From a virus, in the IMG/VR virus record IMGVR_UViG_3300023198_001068: a stretch of DNA of 64,000 nucleotides. One strand, written 5' to 3'. Made by a program: the position numbers and the translations under genes. This document shows positions 26,548 through 35,778 of the stretch, piece after piece (the first letter of the stretch is position 1; each line of letters begins with the position of its first letter). The notes beneath the pieces were generated by a model. That model ran no database searches and was not told where the DNA came from. It saw only the letters and a list, made by a program, of their open reading frames with translations.

Positions 26548-28497
26548 GCGGGCGTTGTCCGCGATCTCAGCGGCCTGTTTGGCTAAGCGCCTCTCGTAGC
26601 GCTGTCTCAGGTTCCAGGCGGCGTTCGCATCCCGATCCCAGGTCTCGCCACACCTGCTACAGGTGTGGCTGTCGGCCGCAGGGTCGTCCCACTTCTTGTC
26701 GATGTGGCCGCAGAGGTGGCAGCGCTTGGTCGAGTAGGCGGCCCCCACACGAACCACTCGTTCGGCGCCCTTGTCCTTCAGGAAGCCGATGAACTGGCCC
26801 AGTGCCGCGATCTTGCGGTTGTAGCCGGCGATGGTCTGCCGTTCTTCTTCGGCCTCGGGCCTAGATCCCATCTCTTTCAGGTTGAGGTTCTCCAGGACGA
26901 CGGCTCCATACTCGGAGGTGATCTGATAGGCCCAGCGGCGGTAGATAGCATTGCGGCCCCGGATGGCTCGTTGCTCGCTCCCACGCTCCCACTGGTAGAG
27001 ATGTCGGTTCTTGCGACGCCAGCACTCCAGCTTGAGGACCATCTGCTCGATAGGGTCTGTCCTCCCTTTGCTCGTCAGCCAGAGGGACGAGGGGGCGTGC
27101 CCTTTTTGCTTGGCGGCTTCCCAGGACTTGTAGACGACGTAGGCTCGGCCTCCCACCGTGGCCTTCCACGCCTTGAACTGAGCCTTGAACTGGGCGAGTT
27201 GGGCGGCGTCGTTGTCCCTAGGCTTCTTCGGGCGTGGTGGGGTTGGGAATAGCTCGCGGCTCCAGCGTCCGGCGAGCTTGGCGAGCCTGGCAGGAGACTT
27301 CCACTGGGCAATGTACTTGGCGTCCTCTCGTACCCAGGCTGGGGCCTCGGCCGACTCTGGGGACTTCAGCCATTCCCGGAACTCGTCGCGCATGGCGTTG
27401 AAGTGGAGTTGGCCAATGGCGTGCAACTCATCCTTCTTCTTGAACTTGTCGAGTAGCGCAGCCGGCAACTCCCAAGCCTTTCCTTTCCCGTCGCTGTCTA
27501 TGCTGTAGAGCACTCGCATGTTGGGGTCCATGTAGCGCCAGCCCATGTCCATGCAGATGAAGTTGTCGCCCTCGACTATCGTTTGGAAGGTCTCGCTCTC
27601 CAAGGTGAGGTGCAACTCGTAGCGCAGCCGGCTACCCTCCCTGGTGACCTTGAGACGCGCCATTCGGATGAGGGCATCCTCCGGAAGGGGTCGGTGAAGG
27701 ATGATGGGGAGGGTCGCCCACACGGGAATGCGGCCACCCTTCGTGGGCTCCCCATCCTTACCCAAGGAATCTACCCGGATTCGGACGAGAGAGCGTCCAG
27801 CTTTCAGGGAAGTGCGTTGCGGCTTCCCGTTCTTCAGCGTCCAGGTGTCATCGGGAACCGGATCCATCTGAAGTTGGTTGCTCTTGCCGGAGAACAAGTC
27901 TTCGACAGACAGGCCGCCCTGGAGTTGGTGTCCTATGCTCCCCTTCCCTTCCCATCGCCGGGGCTTAGGGTCCATGCGGCCGGCTGCTGCTGCTGTGATG
28001 TCCTGTTCGGCAGGCATGTAGAGGCCGCACTTGATCCCGGAGTTGGGGCGAAGGGCTCTTGTCTTGGCGAGGTAGTCCTTGTTGTATTCCTTCGACTCCG
28101 CTTCCAGAGCGGCGTTGTCTTTCTCGACGCGCTTTTGCTCGGCCTTCATCTTCGCGTATGCTTGAGCAACCCGCTTCTTGATGGCCTTGATCTCGCACAC
28201 TAGCTCGGGGGAGTTCACGAGGTCGCTCTCGACCTTGTTCTGCTCTCGCTTCTGCCCTCGCGCCTCACCTAGTTGGTGTAAGAGGGCCTCGTATTCGTCC
28301 TCTAGCTGAGCGACGTTGCCGAAGGCTCGACGAGCTTCACGGTACAGACGACGCTTCTCGGCGAGCAGCTTCTTGCGGTCGTTCTTGAAGTCGTGGGTGA
28401 GACGCATCTGCTCGCGAACGAGGTCTGCGTTGTCGATAGGCGGTAGGCACCCGAAGGTCCAGATACGGCTTGGAGTGGTAGACACTTTTCGTTTCAT
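26536..28497 (-). CDS. cas12: Compact type V CRISPR effector, Cas12m/V-U1-like (~653 aa)
   Basis: N-term IWTFGCLPP...LVREQMRLTH; RuvC-I CMDMGWR, RuvC-II VVLENL, Zn finger CHLC/CSRC, RuvC-III DRDANAAWNL; adjacent CRISPR array; GAGG RBS before ATG 28497. Confidence 0.85.
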   Translation of the reverse strand: MKRKVSTTPSRIWTFGCLPPIDNADLVREQMRLTHDFKNDRKKLLAEKRRLYREARRAFGNVAQLEDEYEALLHQLGEARGQKREQNKVESDLVNSPELVCEIKAIKKRVAQAYAKMKAEQKRVEKDNAALEAESKEYNKDYLAKTRALRPNSGIKCGLYMPAEQDITAAAAGRMDPKPRRWEGKGSIGHQLQGGLSVEDLFSGKSNQLQMDPVPDDTWTLKNGKPQRTSLKAGRSLVRIRVDSLGKDGEPTKGGRIPVWATLPIILHRPLPEDALIRMARLKVTREGSRLRYELHLTLESETFQTIVEGDNFICMDMGWRYMDPNMRVLYSIDSDGKGKAWELPAALLDKFKKKDELHAIGQLHFNAMRDEFREWLKSPESAEAPAWVREDAKYIAQWKSPARLAKLAGRWSRELFPTPPRPKKPRDNDAAQLAQFKAQFKAWKATVGGRAYVVYKSWEAAKQKGHAPSSLWLTSKGRTDPIEQMVLKLECWRRKNRHLYQWERGSEQRAIRGRNAIYRRWAYQITSEYGAVVLENLNLKEMGSRPEAEEERQTIAGYNRKIAALGQFIGFLKDKGAERVVRVGAAYSTKRCHLCGHIDKKWDDPAADSHTCSRCGETWDRDANAAWNLRQRYERRLAKQAAEIADNARSAA

Positions 28498-28556
28498 CTG
28501 ATCCTCATCTGATTTAGGTAGGCGACTTCTGCTGGGCAGGAATGTCAATCCAGAAT

Positions 28557-30052
28557 GTCCCAGGTTCTAAGCCCCTGGAATGGCGTTGTGTGTGGCGTGC
28601 ATGTGATGGTCAGGACCAAGCTCACTTCGTCCAACCTGCATCAACTCAGTTCCGAGTTCTAACCCCTCGGACTAGGGCTTGCTCCGCGTCGTGTAACAAC
28701 AGCCACGCGGACGGTGGGGATGTAAGTTCCGGGTTCAAAACCTCCCGGACTAGGTGTTGTGCATCAGGCTTGGCTTCATCACGCCACGGCGCGCAGTTCC
28801 GAGTTCTAACCCCTCGGACAGGGTTTGTTCAGGCGGGACGTTGTTACACGGCGTAAGTTCCAGGTTCTAAGCCCCTGGACAGGCATGGTCCCCTCGTGAA
28901 CGCCTCGCTGTCGCCACACACGGGACAGTTCCAGATTCAAAGCCTCTGGACAGGCATTGCCCCTCCCTTCGTAGAGGCGAGTCTCGCGTCCGATGATCTG
29001 CTTGTCTCAGGTTCTAAGCCTCTGAGCAGGCGTTGTCCCACGGGATGGGGAACTGGCGTGTCCCCCTGCAAAGCTAGTCCCAGGTTCAAAGCCCCTGAGC
29101 AGGCATGGTCCCCTACGGCGTCCATTCCGACACCCTGCGGCGGTGGATGTCCCAGGTTCTAAGCCCCTGGACAGGCATGGTCCCGCCATCGACCCATCGA
29201 GTGAGGCTGACGAAACTGACGGTCTCAGGTTCAAAGCCCCTGAGCAGGCATTGCAAGTGGGGCGTACATGTGACGCTGTTCCGGTTTTTAACCCCTCGGA
29301 CTAGGGCTTGCTCCGCGTCGTGTAACAACAGCCAAGCGCCCGCAGTAGGTGAACAAGGAAGTTCTGTTCCAGATTCAAAGCCCCTGGACAGGCATGGCCC
29401 CGTGATGCCCTCAACAGAGCATACCCCAGAAGAACGTGTCTCAGATTCAAAGCCTCTGAGCAGGCATTGTCCCCCTCCCGTTGCCGTTCCCTGAAGCGGC
29501 GGTAGCGGTCGTCCCAGGTTCAAAGCCCCTGAGCAGGCGTTGTCCCGTCGAGATGATCATCGACCAATGGAACCCATCGAAGGTGTCCCAGGTTCAAAGC
29601 CCCTGAGCAGGCATGGCCCCACAGTCCGAGGACGGCAGAGATGACGGGACACGTTCCAGATCCAAAGCCTCTGGACAGGCTGTTGTTCCCGCGAGGTCGT
29701 AGAACGACGGAGGGATGACGATCCCGTTCCAGGTTCTAAGCCCCTGGACAGGCATTGTCCCGTGCCACGCAGGAGCCCGAGGTTACGAAGCCCCGGTTGT
29801 CCCAGCTTCAAAGCCTCTGAGCAGGCATTGTCCCCTTCTTCAGGTTCTTGTTCTCGGTCATTGTTCACCTTGTCTCAGGTTCAAAGCCTCTGAGCAGGCA
29901 TTGTCCCATGTCCCCCTCACTGTCGCGGAACAGGACGATGGCCGGGTCCCAGGTTCAAAGCCCCTGAGCAGGCGTTGTCCCGTGGCCCTCAGTGAGTTGC
30001 CTGCGACCCGCATGGTGTCCCAGGTTCAAAGCCCCTGAGCAGGCGTTGTCCC
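28557..30052 (-). CRISPR. CRISPR array, 21 repeats (~36 nt) and 20 spacers (20-56 nt, most 32-40)
   Basis: Repeat starts on + at 28557, 28649, 28726, 28796, 28857, 28928, 29004, 29077, 29149, 29222, 29278, 29366, 29438, 29511, 29585, 29653, 29726, 29799, 29872, 29946, 30017; minus-strand consensus GGGACAAYGCCTGCTCAGRGGCTTTGAACCTGRGAC; orientation inferred from degeneration toward cas12. Confidence 0.92.
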
Positions 30053-30273
30053 CCACCTAGCAGGAACCCTGTCGTGTCCACGCCTTGAAGGTCGTTTCGC
30101 GAGCGGTCCCCAAGGGCACGGCGAGAGGGGCCCAGAGAGCGCACCAACACGCCCTCTGGCTGTATTCGATTGCCAGAGATCGAGCACCAGCGAGCGGTTC
30201 CAGACGAGGTGGAAGTGCCTGGCCTCTCGCAAGTGGAACAAGGGGTAACACGTCAAGAACAAGCACGTCTACT

Positions 30274-30774
30274 TCATTCTGGTAGGATCGTCCCCAGCAG
30301 GATGTGGTCCCAAACGGTCGGCTTGTCCGGGGGAGCCGGCACGTCTACTGGATCGATCCCGCGTTCCTCGAACAGCTTGAGTAGCTCGAACCAGAACTTG
30401 GGCACGTCGAGGGTCCGCATCTTGACCGTCTGACCCCGGTACTGGGAGTTGACCCAGTGCCCTGGAAGCCGGACCTCGAACACGGAGTCCCGGGCCTCGT
30501 CCAAGGCAACGACGAACGGGTAGAGGACGGGAGGTGTCATGGTCCCCCCAGGTCTCTGGGCCGCCGCTCGCAACGTCCTCCAGTCCGCGTGCTCTAGTTC
30601 CAGGACGGCTCCTGGATCCTCCAGAGCGTTCTCGATGCGGAGGGACGCCCTGACCCCGGCCGCGTTGTTGTTGAAGGGCGGCTCCGTGTTGATCAGATGC
30701 AGAATGAAGTTGGCGAACGACTCCATGCCCCCGCCTGGAAGCTCCACCGGCTGGGGAATGGTGACGTACTTCAC
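30274..30774 (-). CDS. Hypothetical protein with TAW-like tag
   Basis: Ends DKPTVWDHILLGTILPE. Confidence 0.65.
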   Translation of the reverse strand: MKYVTIPQPVELPGGGMESFANFILHLINTEPPFNNNAAGVRASLRIENALEDPGAVLELEHADWRTLRAAAQRPGGTMTPPVLYPFVVALDEARDSVFEVRLPGHWVNSQYRGQTVKMRTLDVPKFWFELLKLFEERGIDPVDVPAPPDKPTVWDHILLGTILPE

Positions 30775-30783
30775 CCTCGGAGC

Positions 30784-31566
30784 TTACGCCCCTGTGGCGA
30801 CCCTTTCCAGGGCCGTCTTGGGGTAGCTCCAGTAGGCCAGCGGGTCCTTCCAGTCGGGGTAGTATTTGGTGAGCCACGCCTGGCACTCGGCCTCCACTTC
30901 CTTGTAGAGGGCCCACCACTCGTCGCTGTAGAGCTTGTGCGGGCACTCCCGGATGACGGAGTGGAGCAGGGTGGTGCCCGCATCGAAGCAGTGCCAGGTC
31001 ATCGTCTTTTCCCCGTGGTCGTCTCGGCGAGCACTGTAGCGGGGGAGGGGGTGGCAGGCGGCGTAGTCGTCCCAGAACTGGTTGAGGTGGTAGACCTCGA
31101 TCCGCCACCTCTGCAACTCGTCTCGAACGATCTTGATCCGCCCCTCGGCGTCGGCCCTGAAGTCCGTGCGCTGGTCCCACCCCTCGGGGAACTTGGCTTC
31201 CCGGAAGATGTTGCTCTGTTGGCGCATCTCTCCGAGTTCGACCCCCATGAGCTTGATGGCCTCGTGTTCGCACCCTTCGACGGGTAGCGACTCCAGAGGA
31301 CCGCCTGCCGCCCGTTGGCCGCTCAGCTTGTTCACCACGTCGATGGCCCCGGGCCCGTCGCCGCTTCCTAGCGCAATCGCCGCGAAGGCCGCCATCTCGG
31401 CCTCGTCAGGGCTCCTGGCCTCCCTCGGGATCGGCGGGGGCATGGGCCGAGGTTCATCCCGGAACAGTTCGTCCGTGCGGTCGAGGTGGGCTCTGAAGGA
31501 GGCGTCGTCGTGGTAATACTCGTCGCCGTCCTCGTAGCTTCCGTCGGAGGTGTAGCGTCTTGGCAT
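30784..31566 (-). CDS. Hypothetical protein
   Basis: Start 5 nt after GGTGTATCGT. Confidence 0.75.
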   Translation of the reverse strand: MPRRYTSDGSYEDGDEYYHDDASFRAHLDRTDELFRDEPRPMPPPIPREARSPDEAEMAAFAAIALGSGDGPGAIDVVNKLSGQRAAGGPLESLPVEGCEHEAIKLMGVELGEMRQQSNIFREAKFPEGWDQRTDFRADAEGRIKIVRDELQRWRIEVYHLNQFWDDYAACHPLPRYSARRDDHGEKTMTWHCFDAGTTLLHSVIRECPHKLYSDEWWALYKEVEAECQAWLTKYYPDWKDPLAYWSYPKTALERVATGA

Positions 31567-31569
31567 CCT

Positions 31570-32232
31570 CTACGATACACCACCCGCGCCGTTGGTCGGC
31601 TTCTCGATGGCGGCGAGCGGCGGACGGGGTGGCTTCATCACAGGGTAGAACGGCTTGGGGTCCTCGCAGAGAGCCCGAAGGTTCTCCAGGAGGAAGGGGT
31701 CAACTTCGTCCTCGGGCTCGGACAGCGGGGGCATCAAGAACGGCCCCACGGCTCGTCCTACCGTGACCGACTGGCACGCGGTCCCCTTGTCGTCGGGCGG
31801 GAACGCCAGCGTGTTCCTGAGATTGGCCTGGTGCATCAACTCGGTCAGGTTCTTGGCGTCGTCGTCGCTGCCCTCGGGCCACCCGTCATCCCGGGGCCAG
31901 ATCCGGCCGTCCCAGCCGAACCGCTGGAGAGCGGCCACGGTGGGGTTCAAGGTCTCGGGCCAGATGGGTAGCTCGATCTGAAGGGTCCCCTTGGGCTCCG
32001 GGACCTCGGTGTTCCGGATGAGCATGACCACGAGCATCACCAGCGGGATGTCAACCTTCTCCCGGACCCCAACCCAGCCGAACAAGGGGAGGCAGAGGAA
32101 GTCCCCCTTGACCGGGGGCGAGATGAGCTTGCCCACCGGGAGCTTGCGGTGGTCTGCACCCTTGGGTCCCTGGGCTTCTTGTTCTTCCCGTTGCTGCTTT
32201 CGGCGTTCGAGTCTGCGACTGAGCTTGCCCAT
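31570..32232 (-). CDS. Hypothetical protein
   Basis: Long coding-like ORF. Confidence 0.65.
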   Translation of the reverse strand: MGKLSRRLERRKQQREEQEAQGPKGADHRKLPVGKLISPPVKGDFLCLPLFGWVGVREKVDIPLVMLVVMLIRNTEVPEPKGTLQIELPIWPETLNPTVAALQRFGWDGRIWPRDDGWPEGSDDDAKNLTELMHQANLRNTLAFPPDDKGTACQSVTVGRAVGPFLMPPLSEPEDEVDPFLLENLRALCEDPKPFYPVMKPPRPPLAAIEKPTNGAGGVS

Positions 32233-32307
32233 GACGAGGGAGAGCCTACATCACCGGCCTTGCTTTGGGCACGGGTTTTTGCCATCCTGCCTACATGAGG
32301 CGCAGCC

Positions 32308-32817
32308 ATGGCCGGACCTACTCGACAGAAGCCCATCGGGGTTGTTGTGCGGCGGCCGGACTGGACGTACTCCGAGCCTGACCGGACGGACACGCACTAC
32401 CTGGGGCGGGACGAGCGTGTCCTCGTGGTGAACCGTGGGTTCCCCGAGCAGCACTTCTCCATCGACCCTCCCCGGCGTTTCCACCCCAACCACCTGACGG
32501 CACGGTGGTCCCGGACCCTGATGAAGGGCCAGCGTCACGGGTGGGAGGACACCAACGAGCCTTCCGAGTATCGAGGCGATGTCCTGGGGACTTTCAACGT
32601 TCGCAGGCTCGGCCGACTCGACGCCAAGACCCACATCCTGTTCGAGCACAAGGGCAAGTGGCTCAAGGGGGAAGTCCAGCCGTGGGTGGACACCCGGGCC
32701 ATGCGCAAGGCAGAGGAACGGGCCGAGGCTCGGGTCGAGTCCAAGGACCGCAAGCGAAGGAACCGGCACCTACGGATACCAACCGCCTGGGACCGGCTCC
32801 TTGCCGACGATGAGTAG
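32308..32817 (+). CDS. Hypothetical protein with TAW tag
   Basis: Ends RIPTAWDRLLADDE. Confidence 0.7.
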   Translation: MAGPTRQKPIGVVVRRPDWTYSEPDRTDTHYLGRDERVLVVNRGFPEQHFSIDPPRRFHPNHLTARWSRTLMKGQRHGWEDTNEPSEYRGDVLGTFNVRRLGRLDAKTHILFEHKGKWLKGEVQPWVDTRAMRKAEERAEARVESKDRKRRNRHLRIPTAWDRLLADDE

Positions 32818-32840
32818 TCCTCTTGTGGGTTAGCTCTGGC

Positions 32841-33974
32841 GTGGACGCCGTTGCCCGCAGAGTTGCCCGTCGAGTCGTGGCCGAACGGCTGACGAAACAG
32901 TGGCTCATGGGCGTGCGCCGGGGGTGGCTCCAGGTGATGGAGCCAAACATCACCGACTGGCCCAGTGTGCTCAAAGCCCTCGACCGGCTGGACACGTTCG
33001 CCGAGAACCTCAAAGAGCAGGTGCTCTACGTTCGACGAGGCCCTTATTCATCAATGTCGTTCAACAAAGAACGCAAGCAACTAGAACAAGCCTTCGAGAA
33101 GCTGGACAAGTGGATCTACAACGCCCGAGACACAGCACGTCACTGGAAAAGTTGGGCTGACGGCACTGCTGGGGGCTACCAGTGGGGGGAGGACCGGAGC
33201 GCCGATGCCGCTCACATGCTCGACCTCTACCGAAAGGACTTCATAGCCGTCACCTCGGGGGACATCCCTCAGCGGGGTAGCTACGGTCTGGTGAAGCAGG
33301 TGCCCCTGACCTACTTCATGGACAAGATCCTGGGCATCCTCCGAGCAGACGCCAAGCGGATCATAGAATACTACAAGGCTTTCTCGCCCAGTACCCCAGC
33401 GCCCAAGCTCGACGTTGAAGAATCAGTGTTCACAGAGTTTGCTCTAGGCCAAGTCAAGGTGGTCATCGACGACCGCACGGTGAGACCTGATCAGATCAAT
33501 ATGTACGCCAAGGACTTCACCAAAGCCCAACGAGCCCTTCAGAAAAAGGGCTTTGGCAAGGTGTGGTATGGCACCATCTTCGTCCGATGCGAGAAGTGCG
33601 GTGGCGAGAACCCTTACGGGGCCGAGTTGGGTGTGGGCGGCAACTATCCTTCAGGGCCGGATGTCGTCAACATCTTCTCGCGACCTGGCAACGGCACTGG
33701 GTTGCTCATTCATGAGCTTGGTCATCGGTGGTGGTTCAAGTTCATGCGTCGAGGGGTACGTCTCCGGTTCATTGACTGGGTACAGGCGGGGCTTTCTCCC
33801 GTATCCAGTTACGGAAGTAAAGCCCCTGAAGAAGCGTTTGCCGAAGCGTTTGCCTGGTACGTGATGGGCAAGTCGATGACCTCCCAGCAGGTCGAGACAT
33901 TCAAGGCAACGGCCTTCGGCAAACGCCTGGCCTCTACCAGTCGCCGTTCTGGACCTGCCCCCGCTTCCCCTTGA
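32841..33974 (+). CDS. Zincin-like metallopeptidase (ATLF/MPTase-type) protein
   Basis: LIHELGHRWW...VSSYGSKAPEEAFAEAF; N-term MDAVARRVARR. Confidence 0.7.
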   Translation: MDAVARRVARRVVAERLTKQWLMGVRRGWLQVMEPNITDWPSVLKALDRLDTFAENLKEQVLYVRRGPYSSMSFNKERKQLEQAFEKLDKWIYNARDTARHWKSWADGTAGGYQWGEDRSADAAHMLDLYRKDFIAVTSGDIPQRGSYGLVKQVPLTYFMDKILGILRADAKRIIEYYKAFSPSTPAPKLDVEESVFTEFALGQVKVVIDDRTVRPDQINMYAKDFTKAQRALQKKGFGKVWYGTIFVRCEKCGGENPYGAELGVGGNYPSGPDVVNIFSRPGNGTGLLIHELGHRWWFKFMRRGVRLRFIDWVQAGLSPVSSYGSKAPEEAFAEAFAWYVMGKSMTSQQVETFKATAFGKRLASTSRRSGPAPASP

Positions 33975-35094
33975 TGACGTGGATCTTGTCGCTGGGGATC
34001 GGGCACGAGGTGTTGGTGTTGCCCTGGCCGGGGGCTTCCATCGGGATGCCGTAGAGCGTCTGGGCGCCCCCCGGGCTCGGTGACTCGTTCTCCGGCAGGA
34101 CTCCGGTGAGCCCCTTCTGGAAGCCAAGCTCCAGGATGCTCTTGGCGTTCTTGAGCAGCCCTGAACCCACCAGGGCCTTGAGCCCGTCGTCGTAGTAGTC
34201 GAACCAGGGCATCCCGGCTCGGGCGTAGTCAGCAGCCGTCTGCGGCGGGTATGGGGGCTCGGCCTGGGTGATGGCCTTCCAGGCGAGGCTGTTGGCCAGG
34301 TGGACGTACACGCGGCTGCTGTGCTCCTGGTCCCAGTCGTCGAAGTCGAACTTGTCCTCGAACACCTCTTGCTTCATCGAGCCGCCCATCCCGAGCCCCA
34401 TGTCGGGCGCTGCTGACGCTGCCGCGATCTCGATCCCCCGAGTGCAACAGTTAGCACTGAAGTTCTTGCTCAGCCTCCTGCTCCGCATTCTGCCGTCGGG
34501 CCTCGGCTCTCGCTTGGGGAACTTGCGCTCGTAGACCTCAGCCTTCATCGGGTAGACCTGGATCTGGATGCCGCCGAATTCCTCCTTGCCGTCGAGTTGA
34601 GCCTCGACCGTGAGCCCCATCCCGAGGGGCATCGCCACAAACTGCCGAACCTTGCCCTTCTCGACTACGAACCCGTCGAGCCAGGGCTGGCCCGGGACCA
34701 CCACGTAGTCCTGGTCCTCACCGGGTCGGTTGCGGAGCTTGGGCCACCAGGCGTTGCCGGTCAGAGCACACCGCTTGCCGGCGGCGATCTTGACGGCGAA
34801 CGGGTAGGCCGAGGGCCGGCGGGTACCCGACATCGGGTGGAAGTTGATCCACAGCGCCTCCGACTGGTACATCGGCAGCATGATGCCCATGCGCTTGATC
34901 CACTCGGCGGGAACGCGGTCCACGTAGTCCTCGATGTGCCGCATGGGGAAGCGGCCCATGCCGGGCGGGAGCGGGTAGGTCTTGCCGTCGTCGGGGAGAC
35001 GCAGCGTGCGTTGGAACTCCAGGGAGAACTGGGCGTCCTCGTGGACCTCCGGGAGGGCGAACTTCAGGGTGTCTTGCTCTAGTTTGATCGTCAT
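33934..35094 (-). CDS. Conserved hypothetical protein (FQRTLRLPDD family)
   Basis: FQRTLRLPDD...YPLPPG...LPMYQSEALWINF...QDYVVVPGQPWLDGF, a widespread uncharacterised family. Confidence 0.7.
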   Translation of the reverse strand: MTIKLEQDTLKFALPEVHEDAQFSLEFQRTLRLPDDGKTYPLPPGMGRFPMRHIEDYVDRVPAEWIKRMGIMLPMYQSEALWINFHPMSGTRRPSAYPFAVKIAAGKRCALTGNAWWPKLRNRPGEDQDYVVVPGQPWLDGFVVEKGKVRQFVAMPLGMGLTVEAQLDGKEEFGGIQIQVYPMKAEVYERKFPKREPRPDGRMRSRRLSKNFSANCCTRGIEIAAASAAPDMGLGMGGSMKQEVFEDKFDFDDWDQEHSSRVYVHLANSLAWKAITQAEPPYPPQTAADYARAGMPWFDYYDDGLKALVGSGLLKNAKSILELGFQKGLTGVLPENESPSPGGAQTLYGIPMEAPGQGNTNTSCPIPSDKIHVIKGKRGQVQNGDW

Positions 35095-35109
35095 CTGTTT
35101 GCTCCTTGG

Positions 35110-35445
35110 CTACCAGTCTCCGTCCTTGACCTGACGCACGAAGGCCGCTTGTTGCTTTCTGGGGAGGGTCTGCAACTGCCGGATGATCTGGATGTAGACC
35201 TCCGGGTTGTCCGTGATGACCTTCACCATGGCCTCGCTGAGCTTCCCGGCTCGGGCGAGGAATAGGTCGGGATCGTCCCCCAGGGCCGTGGCCCATGCGA
35301 CGAGGGTTTCCTCCGATACGTTGGGCTCGTGCCCAGACTCCACCCGTGAGATCAGCGTGGGGGACTTCTCCAGTGTCCTGGCGAGTTCCCGGAGGCCGAT
35401 GCCACGGGCTTCCCTGAGTGCCCGTGCGTGCTCTCCAAACGTCAA
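35110..35445 (-). CDS. Cro/C1-type HTH transcriptional regulator
   Basis: FGEHARALREARGIGLRELARTLEKSPTLISRVESG. Confidence 0.85.
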   Translation of the reverse strand: MTFGEHARALREARGIGLRELARTLEKSPTLISRVESGHEPNVSEETLVAWATALGDDPDLFLARAGKLSEAMVKVITDNPEVYIQIIRQLQTLPRKQQAAFVRQVKDGDW

Positions 35446-35496
35446 TGGTCCTACTGTTTAGTCTGGGCTAAACACCTTGTCAACCGGAAAACGACG

Positions 35497-35778
35497 TCAC
35501 CGACGGTAGGGCTTGATCGTTCCACCCGGCGGGCAGACGAAGGGGTGGATGGTCCGGTCGAACCTGGCGGTCCACCAGTGGAAGTAGGCTCGACCTCGGG
35601 CGGTCGGGTAGTACAGCGGGCAGAGGATATGGCTGCCCGGAGGGTCGGGTTGCCTCCGGAGAAACCCCAGCTTGAGCAGCCCCCGAATCGGGCGCCGCTG
35701 TGTGTGGTGGTACGGGAACGTCTCGCCGGCTTCGACGGCCTCTCGGAGAAACACGAGTTGTGAGTCGGTCAACTTCAT
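35497..35778 (-). CDS. Hypothetical protein (winged-helix-like)
   Basis: MKLTDSQLVFL...LLKLGFL...YYPTARGR. Confidence 0.5.
   Translation of the reverse strand: MKLTDSQLVFLREAVEAGETFPYHHTQRRPIRGLLKLGFLRRQPDPPGSHILCPLYYPTARGRAYFHWWTARFDRTIHPFVCPPGGTIKPYRR

Noticed and set aside
26536-28548. IS200/IS605 TnpB transposon
   Set aside because: No tnpA or subterminal hairpins seen, the protein is longer than typical TnpB with a Cas12m-like N-terminus, and a CRISPR array is adjacent.
28542-30038. ORFs within the CRISPR array
   Set aside because: These are artefacts of repeat periodicity with repetitive translations.
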